Positions 36,501 to 49,278 of a DNA stretch of 64,000 nucleotides are shown one piece after another. The stretch spans positions 13,764,001-13,828,000 of the forward strand of contig CATNEN010000003.1 in NCBI GenBank assembly GCA_950097015.1, given 5' to 3'. This DNA is from Macrostomum hystrix. Lineage: Eukaryota > Animalia > Platyhelminthes. Below the pieces are notes generated by a model that saw nothing but the letters and a program-made list of their open reading frames with translations, ran no database searches and was not told the origin of the DNA. The number at the start of each line of letters is the position of its first letter. The first letter of the stretch is position 1. Position numbers and translations under genes: made by a program.

Positions 36501-39500
36501 CATGATTCACCTCGACCGGCTGAGACGGCTTAGTGGTCGGGATGCCATCGTTCATCTTCCTGCCCATGAGGAGTTCAGCGGGTGCGCGGCCGGTTGCTCG
36601 GTGCGGTGTTGTGCGGAAAGCCAGCAGCCAGTCCTCGATGGCCTCCTTCCAGTTACGCCCTTCGGCCACAGCCGTCTGGATGACTTTTCCAATGCTCCGG
36701 TTGACTCGCTCTGTCGCTCCATTGGATTCAGGGTGGAGCGGGCAGATAAGGCGATGTCGAATGCCATAGGTGGTGAGGAAGCTGCGGAAAGCGGCTGAAT
36801 TGAATGGCGGGCCGTTGTCAGTGACCACCTCGATAGGGACGCCGAATCTACCGAACAGTCGGCGAAGGTGCGGGCTCACGCTCTCCGCTGTCGATGAGTT
36901 CAGGAAGCTGACTTCTGGATATTTTGAGTAGAGGTCTGTGATGACTAGCAGCATCTGGCCCTGTACTGGTCCGTAGAAGTCCATGCCTAGAGTGAGCCAG
37001 GCACCGTCTGGGATCTGCGTTGGTTTAAGAGGCGTTTGACGCGCTCCAGTGGAGGCGGCCTGGCAGAGCGTGCAGCACTGAACAAAGCTCTCGCAGTCGC
37101 TGCGCATGCGAGGCCACCAGACTTTCGTTTGCAGCCGCTTCAGGGTTCGGTCAGCGCCTAGATGGCCGGTGTGCGCTAGTTGGAGGACAGGCCTGCGCAG
37201 TGTCTCCGGGATGACGATGAGGTCGCCCCTTAGCAGGACGCCGTCACTCTCTGAGAGCTCGTTGCTGACGGTCTTGTAGGAGCGCTGGGCCGGGTCGCGG
37301 ATATTCCAGTTACCGGTTCGGATGGCGCTTAGCGCCGCCTGGATGCCGCTGTCGGTGCGCGACGCTTCCCGCACTTGAGCGAGGCTGAAGCCCTTTGGCA
37401 CAGCTCCGGCCGATACGGCGTTGACGAAGGCGGTGTCAAGTTCTTCACCAACGTTCCTCCTTGATTCTGGCAGTGGCTGCCGGCTTAGCAGGTCGGCTGG
37501 ATTGGTCGGCCCGGGTCGGTAAATCAGATCGAAGCGGAGGTGCTGGATGCGCAATGCCATCCGTTCGATTCGTGGCGGTGGACGAGAGCCAGGCTTGAAC
37601 AGCGGCACGAGTGGTCGGTGGTCTGTTACTACAGTGAAGCCTGGGTCTCCGGCTAGGTAGTGTTCAAACTTCAAGCACCCGAATTTGATGGCCAGAGCTT
37701 CTCGCTCTATCTGCGCGTACCGCTGTTCCACTGCTGAAAGGGCTCTGCTGGCGTAAGCCACGGGTCTGCTGCTGCCGTCCGGCTGCCTCTGCGTGAGGAT
37801 GGCGCCCAGTCCGACCGGGGAGGCGTCCACTAGGAGCTCGGTTTGCCGCCTGCGGTCGAAGAAGGCGAGCGTTTCCGCGGCGCCTATTGCTTTTTTAATG
37901 CTTTCGAATGCCGCAGTGTGCTTATCCGTCCACTCCCAGACCTGGCCCTTCTTTGTCAATTGACGTAGGGGCCCGGCGAGGTGAGCGAAGTTTGGGACGA
38001 ATTTTGACAAGAAGTTCGCGGTGCCGAGGAATGAGCGGACGTCGGAAACGTTTTCAGGTTGCCGAAAGCTCTGCATGGCCTCAATTTTCTCAGCAGCTGG
38101 CTCCATGCCCCGAGCAGTCAGGCGCATGCCGAGAAACTCGATGGACGGTCGGGAGAACCTGCACTTGTCCCTGTTGAGGGTGATGCCGTACTCACGCAGG
38201 CGCTGAAGGCACGCGTCCAGTCTCTTATGGTGTTGCTTTAAATCAGATGCGTAGATCACCACGTCATCGTGCGCCCACCGGACGCCTTCAATGTCGCTGA
38301 GGATGCCCAGCATGATCCGTTGCAAAATCTCCGAGGAATTCGTGAACCCCATGCTAAGTCTTTTAAGTCGCATTAGTCCGAGAGGCGTGCTGAAGGTGAA
38401 GTAGTGGCGGCTGTCTTCGTGAACTGGAATCTGGTAGAACGCCTTGCGGATGTCTAGTTCACTGAAAATTTTAGCGTTGGCCATCTCCTCCGTGATCTTT
38501 TCTAGCGTGGGGATCTGTTGTTTCTCCGGTATAACGAAAGCGTTGAGGTCGCGGAGATCCTGGCAGATTCTGACGCCCCCGTCGGTCTTGGGCACTACTA
38601 CCATACGGGATACCCAGGCGCTTGGTCCTTTGACGGCCTCAATAATGTCCTGCTTCTCTAGTGCCCGGAGTTCATTAACTACGGCTTCTTTGAGGTGAGC
38701 AGCTACCCGGGAAGGCGCCTGGCATACCGGAATGGCATTTTCGGATAGCTGGACTTTGACCTCTACGCCCTTGATGCAGCCGATGCCGTTGAATGCCTCT
38801 TTGTGCCGGTGCAGAATTGCGTCGAGTTGAGGATCGTTTGACTGCTGTGACGGCGTGTCAGAGACTGCGCTAATTTCCTGCGCGTCGGAGATCTGTGGCC
38901 TCTGGATCTTCAGCACTCCAAGTTTGAATGCAGGCTGGCGTCCCAGAATAGTCAGGCCGTCGCCGTCCATGATGTGAAATGTCGCGGTAGTCTTGGCTGC
39001 TCCAACTTTGATGTGGAGTTCGGCGACCCCTGCAATCTTTAGAGGTGTCGGTACCCCGTAGGCGCGGACTTCTGTTCTTGTTGGACGAAGGTCCGGTAGA
39101 TTAAGAGTCCTGAAGGTTTTGAGACTCATGATACTACAGCTGGCTCCGCTATCAATCATCATGGGCAGTTGTCGATTTGCCACCTGTACGGACAGCGAGA
39201 CGTCGGCTGGGTAGTCGCCGCCGTCGTACAGAGCAAACACATCTTCCTCCGTGGAGCCGTCAGCCGAACTGAAGACTGCATTAGTGCTGATTCTCTGCTG
39301 CTGGGTCCGGTTGCTGTGCATCTGTCGAGGCTGGCGGCAGGCCAAAGCGAGATGGTTGGGTTTGCCGCAGTTGCGGCAGATTTTACCTTTGGCTGCGTCA
39401 CAGGTAGCGTGGCCTTTCTCGCCGCAGCGGTAACACGTGAGCTGCTTCTGATCGCCGGACCTGCTGCTCGTCAGAGTCGCGCCTCTTCTGTCAGGTTTCA

Positions 39501-41162
39501 CCTTATCGCCATGGGCAACGCTCGCCACATGCGTCTCCGACTTCTCCATCTCGGTGGCCTGTTCATCGGCTGCCTCAAACGCCCTAGCCTTCCGTAGCGC
39601 CTCGTCAAGGCTGATGTTCGCTTCCTGGAGCAGCCGCCTGCGAAGCTTGTCGGATGAGCAAGTTGCCACGAGCTGGTCCCTGATGAGGGAGTCTTTGAGA
39701 TTCTCGAACTCACACGGCTCTGCAGCTGTGCGCAATCTGGCGTACCATGCGTCAATAGATTCTCCAGCTGCCTGTGTGCTGAGGCGGAACTGGTATCTAG
39801 CGAAGACTACGTTTTTTCGAGCATTGAAGTGAGACTTTAGAGCGTCAAGCGTATGCGAGAGGGTGAGTTCGCCGGCCTGTGCTTTCGCTGTCAGGTCGGC
39901 GTTTTCACGGATGATGTCGGCGATTTCCTTGCCAGCTGTGTAGCTCAGTAGCTTGCATCTTTGCTTCTCGTTGGTGATGCCTGATGCATCAATGAAGTCT
40001 TCGAAACGAGACGCCCATTGATTCCAGCGCTTGCCCGCGTTGTGTGGGTCTGCTGATATTGCGAATGGCTCAGGCGGGGGCAGTGAGAGAAAGTTGGCTG
40101 TCATTTTTTTACCGCGCGGTAGGCGGCTTGCGATGCCACTGTAAGGAGTGCTGAGCCGAGAGATGATTTGTGTAGACGAAAAAGCCTAAAGCGAAGTAGG
40201 CTCTGAGCAATCGATTATATTTGATATTTGGTGATGAACATGCAACGTGCGGCCGATGGGTGCAGATGTACATTAATCGCTCGCAACTCCACGCACACTA
40301 CGATATAACTCAGGGCCTACAGCTAACACGGCTAAATGAACGCGCGCCCACTTGGCGCCTACAGATAGCAATGTCCGCTTACTAGATAACAATGTCCACA
40401 CACTGGATAACAATGTCCACACACTGGATAGCAATGTCCGCTAACTAGATAACAATGTCCACACACTGGATAGCAATGTCCGCTTACTATATAACAGTGT
40501 CCGCTAACTAGATAGCAGTGTCCGCTAACTAGATAACAGTGTCCACAACTAGATAACAATGTCCACACACTGGATAGCAATGTCTACAAACTGGATAACA
40601 ATGTCCACACACTGGATAGCAATGTCCGCTAACTAGATAACAATGTCCACACACTGGATAGCAATGTCCGCTAACTAGATAACAGTGTCCACTAACTAGA
40701 TAACAGTGTCCACTAAATAGATAACAGTGTCCACTAACTAGATAACAGTGTCCACTAACTAGATAATGGTGTCCATTGACAAGACAACAGCAACTGGACG
40801 CAATGATTCCAGGAAACACCTGGGAATGGACCTCGACAGAGTACTACGGCAGCGATAAACCGGCCGGAAAGGTTTGGCTAATACTCAAAGGCGGCTCATT
40901 TGTTGACTCAATCGACGAAGGCATCAACACGATAGTCCGCACCTCAACTAAGATTGGCAAAGAGATCGACTTCACGGCTGAGAACATTGGATTCAGGTGT
41001 GCTAAAACCATTATTCCGGCGCCGGTGCACAAGCCTCCGAGAGTTGTTCGTCTGGAAGACACCTGGGACTATAAACAGGCCCAGAAGGATAAGAAAGCTC
41101 GACTTGAAAAACTGCAGAAGACTCAAAAAGTTAACGTTAAACAGTATAGATTCGAGTTGTGA
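33566..41162 (+). CDS. SUMF2: Formylglycine-generating-enzyme family protein, SUMF2/pFGE-like; exons 33566-33749, 34348-34552, 35105-35451, 40813-41162
   Basis: Signal peptide; YFMG, GEHPVR, FAMDRYPVNN, HPVVHV, GKRLPTEFEWEYAAR, YPWG, DMLGNTWEWT, KGGSFVDSID and NIGFRCA. It lacks the SUMF1 catalytic Cys cluster and ends in the KDEL-like RFEL. Phases are consistent. Confidence 0.88.
33970..34130. repeat. Degenerate ~17-18-bp repeat GGAAATGTGAAATTTCA in SUMF2-like intron 1
   Basis: About 9 imperfect units. Confidence 0.7.
34745..34965 (-). mobile_element. SINE family B copy
   Basis: Reverse complement of the 30746-31050 3' end and head. Confidence 0.8.
35604..40363 (-). mobile_element. Full-length Ty3/Gypsy (Mag-like) LTR retrotransposon 2, in SUMF2-like intron 3, antisense to the host
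   Basis: 224-bp LTRs 35604-35827 and 40140-40363 (no differences seen), TSD GATAG, PPT GGGGAGAAG and PBS TGGCATCGCAAGC. Confidence 0.97.
35984..40104 (-). CDS. gag-pol of element 2 with a probable 1-bp frameshift near 36450
   Basis: CCHC knuckles, IDSGAS protease, RT AHDD, RNase H and integrase HTGH..CTLC/VTDNG/NGATER. The integrase C-terminus continues in the alternative frame (GSKVLRKQHPRNKLQLPFEPSPWTV...RHVTQLRP, then SAGQ repeats). Confidence 0.9.
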
Positions 41163-41939
41163 ATATTTGACTTTTAAACTAATATATCCTAGGTCAGTAA
41201 AATAACACAATAAAATCCATAGTTTAAGGAAGCATTGAACTGTTTCTTTGCAATTTATTAAATCGAGCAAATAAGTTAGCGAATGAATTTTGCATGTTTA
41301 ATAATTGTATCGCTTGCCTATGCTCACAAACGTCGTTTAATTTATTATAGTCTCTGGTAAAAAAGTTTATGGCAAAGCAGATTAACAACTAATATTGTAA
41401 TTTGGATTAATAAAAACTATAATTACTCTGTCAAAGTAAATATCTCGTCTTTTGAATTGAAAAATCAGCGCAGAAAGTTTTGAGAAAACCACGTTTTGAG
41501 AAATGAAATCTACAAATAGCTGTCCTTTTTAACCAAGAGCTAAAATAGTATTTTTTACCTTGTTAAGGTGGATTGAAACTCAGAGAAGACTTTCAAGGTG
41601 ATTGAAACGCCGTAGGAAAAAGTATGGAACGTTTTGTGTCCTGAGATTGACTAGGAGTCCTTTGCCACACGACCTTGATGAGTTTTTTGTACTAAATTTG
41701 GGGTGCGCGACAGCGGAAGAAGGAGACAGCCAATCACGAGAGCGGGGAGGTGATATAATACATCTCAATTTACATTCAAATAAGCACGATCGTTATTAAA
41801 GAGGTTACAGTTCCAAAATTTGTTTTACTATACTGGTGATCTTTTTGAAATCATAAGATTGTAAGCTTCAAAAATATTTTTAGCTGAACTAACAAGATGC
41901 TTTCATGTTTTTATGTGTAGAAATTACATGCATAATTTA

Positions 41940-42805
41940 TCATCAGTCAAACGTCCATCAGACAACCGTCCATCAGACAAACGTCCATCAGAAAACCGTC
42001 TATCAGACAAACGTCCATCAGACAAACGTCCATCAGTCAAACTTCCATCAGACAAACGTCCATCAGACAAACATCCATCAGTCAAACTTCCATCAGACAA
42101 ACGTCCATCAGACAAACGTCCATCAGTCAAACGTCCATCAGACAAACGTCCATCAGTCAAACGTCCATCAGACAAACGTCCATCAGACAAGCGTCCATCA
42201 GACAAACTTCCATCAGACAAACTTCCATCAGACAAACGTCCATCAGTCAAACTTCCATCAGACAAACGTCCATCAGACAAACATCCATCAGTCAAACTTC
42301 CATCAGACAAATGTCCATCAGACAAACGTCCATCAGTCAAACGTCCATCAGACAAACGTCCATCAGTCAAACGTCCATCAGACAAACGTCCATCAGACAA
42401 GCGTCCATCAGACAAACTTCCATCAGACAAACTTCCATCAGACAAACTTCCATCAGACAAACTTCCATCAGACAAACTTCCATCAGACAAACTTCCATCA
42501 GACAAACTTCCATCAGACAACCGTCCATCAGACAACCGTCCATCAGACAACCGTCCATCAGACAACCGTCCATCAGACAAACGTCCATCAGACAAACGTC
42601 CATCAGACAAACGACCATCAGACAAACGTCCATCAGACAACCGTCCATCAGACAACCGTCCATCAGACAAACGACCATCAGACAACCGTCCATCAGACAA
42701 CCGTCCATCAGACAACCGTCCATCAGACAACCGTCCATCAGACAAACGACCATCAGACAAACGTCCATCAGACAAACGTTCATCCGACAAGTGTCTATCA
42801 GACAA
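41940..42805. repeat. 15-bp minisatellite CATCAG(A/T)CAA(A/C)C(G/T)TC, about 57 units
   Basis: Tandem repeat with variant blocks and a ~210-bp internal duplication. Confidence 0.96.
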
Positions 42806-43028
42806 AAGTTTTTCATCGAGCAAACTGCGCCGTACTTTTCTTTAGAGAAAAAGTTAGACTTCATGAGAAACTCACTGACTGTGTTTTATGAAAAAGTAGT
42901 TTTCCTTTATTTGATTTATGTTTCTACTAATTGTTGTTTGTTACATAACTACAAAGGTATCAATCAGATATGAGCGATATAGTATTTTCCAACTGCAATC
43001 AAAGCTTCGAAAAACCCGACACGTCAGG

Positions 43029-46000
43029 TCAGCAATTGGTGCTATGCGTTTTCCTATAGGCGGCCTTTTCAACCCAGCTGCTGAGTCGCCAGTAATTTTG
43101 CATGCGAAAGCACGGCTGAGTCGGTGCGGCCGCCTCGGGGCACGGTGCGAACATGCGCTTGTAAGACAGTTTGGACTCCGGACTCGAAATGCGATTATAA
43201 ATGGCTCGCCGGAAACAGGGCGCTGTCGATTTTGATCGCAGAACCACCGCCTTCAAGGACGTTGTGAGAATGAGAGAAGTTAGGCCTGAAGATAAGGCAA
43301 ATTTTGGGTCTGGGGATTGGGGAAAATTTGAGTCGGTAGATTAGGGACCAATTAATTATGTACACGTAGATTCAGGAAAATTTGTGGTCTGCAGGTTTAA
43401 GTTTTGGCTGTAGAATTGGGAAAATAAAGGGCTTAAGGTGGTGAGTTGCCGTGAGGTCGATTCGCGGAGCTCGATTCCGCAGCGAGGCCACACTTATCTG
43501 GGGTGCAGCAGCGGTGAAAACGCTTGAAGGCTTGGCCAACCTCCAAGGCACAGTGAAATGTACACTGCCTGACGATGAGAAAGTCAGGGCATCTGTGTGC
43601 GTGTGTGCTCAGTATTTAGTGGAATGGGGCAGAATTGCCTCCTCGCTGGCTGTGGGTCTACAGTCACCATAGGGGGAGTTTTGACTGTAGAATAGGGGGA
43701 GTTTGGACTGTAGAATAGGGGGAGTTTGGACTGTAGAATAGGGGGAGTTTGGACTGTAGAATAGGGGGAGTTTGGACTGTAGAATAGGGCGATTTTGGAC
43801 TGTCGAATAGGGGGAGTTTGGACTGTAGAATAGGGGGAGTTTGGACTGTAGAATAGGGGGAGTTTGGACTGTAGAATAGGGGGGAGTTTGGACTGTAGAA
43901 TAGGGGGAGTTTGGACTGTAGAATAGGGGGAGTTTGGACTGTAGAATAGGGGGGAGTTTTGACTGTAGAATAGGGGGAGTTTGGACTGTAGAATAGGGGG
44001 AGTTTGGACTGTAGAATAGGGGGGAGTTTGGACTGTAGAATAGGGGGAGTTTGGACTGTAGAATAGGGGGAGTTTGGACTGTAGAATAGGGCGATTTTGG
44101 ACTGTCGAATAGGGGGAGTTTGGACTGTAGAATAGGGGGAGTTTGGACTGTAGAATAGGGGGAGTTTGGACTGTAGAATAGGGGGAGTTTGGACTGTAGA
44201 ATAGGGGGAGTTTGGACTGTAGAATAGGGGGAGTTTGGACTGTAGAATAGGGGAGTTTGGACTGTAGAATAGGGGAGTTTGGACTGTAGAATAGGGGGAG
44301 TTTGGACTGTAGAATAGGGGAGTTTGGACTGTAGAATAGGGGGAGTTTGGTCTGTAGAATAGGGGGAGTTTGGACTGTAGAATAGGGGGAGTTTGGACTG
44401 TAGAATAGGGGAGTTTGGACTGTAGAATAGGGGGAGTTTGGACTGTAGAATAGGGGGAGTTTGGACTGTAGAATAGGGGAGTTTGGACTGTAGAATAGGG
44501 GGAGTTTGGACTGTAGAATAGGGGGAGTTTGGACTGTAGAATAGGGGGAGTTTGGTCTGTAGAATAGGGGAGTTTGGACTGTAGAATAGGGGGAGTTTGG
44601 ACTGTAGAATAGGGGAGTTTGGACTGTAGAATAGGGGGAGTTTGGACTGTAGAATAGGGGGAGTTTGGACTGTAGAATAGGGGAGTTTGGACTGTAGAAT
44701 AGGGGGAGTTTGGACTGTAGAATAGGGGGAGTTTGGACTGTAGAATAGGGGAGTTTGGACTGTAGAATAGGGGGAGTTTGGACTGTCGAATAGGGGGAGT
44801 TTGGACTGTAGAATAGGGGAGTTTGGACTGTAGAATAGGGCGAGTTTGGACTGTAGAATAGGGGGAGTTTGGACTGTAGAATAGGGGGGAGTTTGGACTG
44901 TCGAATAGGGGGAGTTTGGACTGTCGAATAGGGGGGAGTTTGGACTGTAGAATAGGGGGAGTTTGGACTGTAGAATAGGGGGAGTTTGGACTGTAGAATA
45001 GGGGGGAGTTTGGACTGTAGAATAGGGGGAGTTTGGACTGTAGAATAGGGGGGAGTTTGGACTGTAGAATAGGGGGAGTTTGGACTGTAGAATAGGGGAG
45101 TTTGGACTGTAGAATAGGGGGAGTTTGGACTGTAGAATAGGGGGAGTTTGGACTGTAGAATAGGGGGAGTTTGGACTGTAGAATAGGGGGGAGTTTGGAC
45201 TGTAGAATAGGGCGAGTTTGGACTGTAGAATAGGGCGAGTTTGGACTGTAGAATAGGGGGAGTTTGGACTGTAGAATAGGGGGAGTTTGGACTGTAGAAT
45301 AGGGGGAGTTTGGACTGTAGAATAGGGGGGAGTTTGGACTGTAGAATAGGGGGAGTTTGGACTGTAGAATAGGGGGAGTTTGGACTGTAGAATAGGGGGA
45401 GTTTGGACTGTAGAATAGGGGGAGTTTGGACTGTAGAATAGGGGGGAGTTTTGACTGTAGAATAGGGGGAGTTTGGACTGTAGAATAGGGGGAGTTTGGA
45501 CTGTAGAATAGGGGGGAGTTTGGACTGTAGAATAGGGGGAGTTTGGACTGTAGAATAGGGGGAGTTTGGACTGTAGAATAGGGCGATTTTGGACTGTCGA
45601 ATAGGGGGAGTTTGGACTGTAGAATAGGGGGAGTTTGGACTGTAGAATAGGGGGAGTTTGGACTGTAGAATAGGGGGAGTTTGGACTGTAGAATAGGGGG
45701 AGTTTGGACTGTAGAATAGGGGGAGTTTGGACTGTAGAATAGGGGAGTTTGGACTGTAGAATAGGGGAGTTTGGACTGTAGAATAGGGGGAGTTTGGACT
45801 GTAGAATAGGGGAGTTTGGACTGTAGAATAGGGGGAGTTTGGTCTGTAGAATAGGGGGAGTTTGGACTGTAGAATAGGGGGAGTTTGGACTGTAGAATAG
45901 GGGAGTTTGGACTGTAGAATAGGGGGAGTTTGGACTGTAGAATAGGGGGAGTTTGGACTGTAGAATAGGGGAGTTTGGACTGTAGAATAGGGGGAGTTTG

Positions 46001-47093
46001 GACTGTAGAATAGGGGGAGTTTGGACTGTAGAATAGGGGGAGTTTGGTCTGTAGAATAGGGGAGTTTGGACTGTAGAATAGGGGGAGTTTGGACTGTAGA
46101 ATAGGGGAGTTTGGACTGTAGAATAGGGGGAGTTTGGACTGTAGAATAGGGGGAGTTTGGACTGTAGAATAGGGGAGTTTGGACTGTAGAATAGGGGGAG
46201 TTTGGACTGTAGAATAGGGGGAGTTTGGACTGTAGAATAGGGGAGTTTGGACTGTAGAATAGGGGGAGTTTGGACTGTCGAATAGGGGGAGTTTGGACTG
46301 TAGAATAGGGGAGTTTGGACTGTAGAATAGGGCGAGTTTGGACTGTAGAATAGGGGGAGTTTGGACTGTAGAATAGGGGGGAGTTTGGACTGTCGAATAG
46401 GGGGAGTTTGGACTGTCGAATAGGGGGGAGTTTGGACTGTAGAATAGGGGGAGTTTGGACTGTAGAATAGGGGGAGTTTGGACTGTAGAATAGGGGGGAG
46501 TTTGGACTGTAGAATAGGGGGAGTTTGGACTGTAGAATAGGGGGGAGTTTGGACTGTAGAATAGGGGGAGTTTGGACTGTAGAATAGGGGAGTTTGGACT
46601 GTAGAATAGGGGGAGTTTGGACTGTAGAATAGGGGGAGTTTGGACTGTAGAATAGGGGGAGTTTGGACTGTAGAATAGGGGGGAGTTTGGACTGTAGAAT
46701 AGGGGGAGTTTGGACTGTAGAATAGGGGGAGTTTGGACTGTAGAATAGGGGGAGTTTGGACTGTAGAATAGGGCGAGTTTGGACTGTAGAATAGGGGGAG
46801 TTTGGACTGTAGAATAGGGGGAGTTTGGACTGTAGAATAGGGGGAGTTTGGACTGTAGAATAGGGGAGTTTGGACTGCATAATAGTGTAGTTATTATGGG
46901 AGACGAGGAGTCTCACTTCATCGACGCTTCCATCGTCAACGCCGTTCTCCAGAACTTCGTTACTGATGACATTGGTATTCTCATCTTCGAATTGGATTTT
47001 ATCCTTTGCCCTGACTTGAAAGATGGACATGCTGCTGAGCAGGACCAGAGCAACAAAAACTGCCACGGATGTTGGCAATGGTCGACAACGCAT
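43029..47093 (-). CDS. Putative small secreted precursor (~132 aa); exons 46917-47093 and 43029-43250
   Basis: Signal peptide, then an acidic segment ending GAT GAA|GTGAGA. Acceptor with CTAAC branch, pyrimidine tract and AAG|GCG (phase 0). Exon 2 reads AVVLRSKSTAPCFRRAIYNR...PCFRMQNYWR...TNC*. Confidence 0.55.
43435..43670 (+). mobile_element. SINE family A copy (internally deleted), abutting the G-rich array
   Basis: GCTCGATTCC, GGCACAGTGAAATGTACACTGCCTGACGATGAGAAAGTCAGGGC and GCCTCCTCGCTGGC. Confidence 0.85.
43671..46878. repeat. G-rich 22-24-bp minisatellite AGTTTGGACTGTAGAATA(G)4-6, ~3.2 kb
   Basis: About 140 units with a variable G-run; it produces the spurious 1169-aa ORF. Confidence 0.97.
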
Positions 47094-47724
47094 TTTTCGA
47101 AAGCTTCTTTGAAAAAGAGAAATGCTCGCGTGCCTTGTATCACTGCTCTGTGTATTTCACCAGCCTCTTTACTTTCTTTTAATACTAACTAAACTCGCTG
47201 CCACTGCTTTGTGGGTTGTCGTTCAATTTTCTGTCTGTTTTGTCTCTTTCTATTGAAATTGTAGCAGAAAAAGGCTTCTAAACCAAAAGCAAGTAATAAA
47301 TTATACACACGCGATCTTGCTGCAAATTGTGCTCAGGAAAGCTAGAGAGTTTCTGGGGCTGGGGGTCAAATTAAGTCACGCTGTATCATGGAGTGAGTCT
47401 CACGAGTTTGCCAAAAAACGCGCTGTCCTTAAATTTCGTTTGGACACAAATTTATGTTTTGAAAGAAAAATGCCGTAGTCTAGAGTTTTTCCGCTTTATA
47501 TGAAACTTCGGCATTCATTTGTCGAGGCCGGAGAATATGCAATAGGTTCAGCTAGTTTTTGCTAGCTTAACAGAACTCATGGATGTTTAGCTCATAAAAA
47601 TATCAAGAACATTTTTTGCTCATGCATTGTATAACCTCTGCCCAGGCAACCACTTTTATTATTTCAGGAGGTCAATTAGTTACACATTTTTGGATTTTTT
47701 TAAGACGGTGCAGTTTAATTTCTT

Positions 47725-48512
47725 GATTGATTTCGAAGAGGTCCAGTTTAATTGGTCGATTGATTTCGAAGAGGTCCAGTTTATTTGCTCCATTGATTTC
47801 AAAGACGTCTAGTTTAATTGGTCGATTGATTTCGAAGAGGTCCAGTTTAATTGGTCGATTTATTTCGAAGAGGTCCAGTTTAATTGGTCGATTTATTTCG
47901 AAGAGGTCCAGTTTATTTGCTCCATTTATTTCGAAGAGGTCCAGTTTAATTGGTCGATTGATTTCGAAGAGGTCCAGTTTAATTGGTCGATTTATTTCGA
48001 AGAGGTCCAGTTTAATTGGTCGATTTATTTCGAAGAGGTCCAGTTTAATTGCTCCATTTATTTCGAAGAGGTCCAGTTTAATTGGTCGATTGATTTCGAA
48101 GAGGTCCAGTTTTATAGGTCGATAGATTTCGAAGAGGTCCAGTTTATTTGCTCAATTGATTTCAAAGACGTCCAGTTTAATTGGTCGATTGATTTCGAAG
48201 AGGTCCAGTTTAATTGGTCGATTTATTTCGAAGAGGTCCAGTTTAATTACTCCATTGATTTCGAAGAGGTCCAGTTTAATTGGTCGATTGATTTCGAAGA
48301 GGTCCAGTTTAATTGCTCCATTGATTTCGAAGAGGTCCAGTTTAATTGCTCCATTGATTTCGAAGAGGTCCAGTTTAATTGCCCCATTGATTTCGAAGAG
48401 GTCCAGTTTAATTGCCCCATTGATTTCGAAGAGGTCCAGTTTAATTGCCCCATTGATTTCGAAGAGGTCCAGTTTAATTGCTCCATTGATTTCGAAGAGG
48501 TCCAGTTTATTT
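47725..48512. repeat. 33-bp minisatellite GATTTCGAAGAGGTCCAGTTTAATTG(GTCG/CTCC)ATT
   Basis: About 24 tandem units. Confidence 0.96.
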
Positions 48513-49278
48513 GCTACCAGATTATACCAGATTATATTCGTACCAGATGAATTATAAATATTTATTTAAACTTTAATTGAAGCTTTTTAACTTTATATAA
48601 ATATGACATTAAATTTAACAAGCTGACAGATGACACTCATGAACACACATACTATAATAATTATTAATTATAGTATTATAGTATAAGCATAAGCACAATT
48701 AATTATTATAGTATCTGTGCTCATGACAAGATGACAGAAAATGAAAATTTGAATTTCAATATATCGTTTATTTGTAAAAAATGGCCACAAACCATGCTGT
48801 GTGTCATTCACAAAAACGAAATTAACGATGCGAAAGATCTTGACGAACATAATTAAATTTAAAGCTTTTAGTGCTTTTTGTAGAATAAATTTGTATTTGA
48901 AACCAGTTCAAATTTAAAAATTCCGATTTCACCTCAATAGAAGGTTCGCTTTTTCAGTAAAAAATAGAAAACTACCATAGATAGTTATTACTAAAAGTAC
49001 ATATAAACCAAGCTATTTATGCATTTCCTAGAAAGTATCTATCTAAATTAATATATCTAATATTGTTATTAACATAACATAGAAATGTTATATGACGTTA
49101 TTTCTGTTGCTAGTCTAGCAATCCATACGGTACTTTATGATGCGAGTAAAACAAAAATATACTATTTTTTGAAAAAAAAAGATTTACAGTTTAATGGAAG
49201 CACGCTTTTATTCGAGAATTGTGCATATTTTTTATGTGGCCAGTCTTCATATCGAAATAAATTGAACCAATCGATAAA

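Larger units (their letters stand above)
35490..40775. repeat. 21-bp minisatellite ACT(G/A)GATA(A/G)CA(A/G)TGTCCACAC, split by LTR element 2 (35490-35603 and 40364-40775)
   Basis: The same unit continues on both sides of the insertion. Confidence 0.92.

Noticed and set aside
41905-42973. Overlapping HQTNV / PSDKR / SIRQT ORFs
   Set aside because: A 15-bp repeat open in five frames; no signal peptide or splice support.
43584-47093. 1169-aa ORF as one protein
   Set aside because: Only the first 59 codons precede a strong donor. The rest is a variable-length repeat cycling through all three frames.
47725-48512. CRISPR-like appearance of 33-bp repeats (also 50345-50975 and 5455-6190)
   Set aside because: Units are head-to-tail with no unique spacers, there are no cas genes, and the context is eukaryotic.
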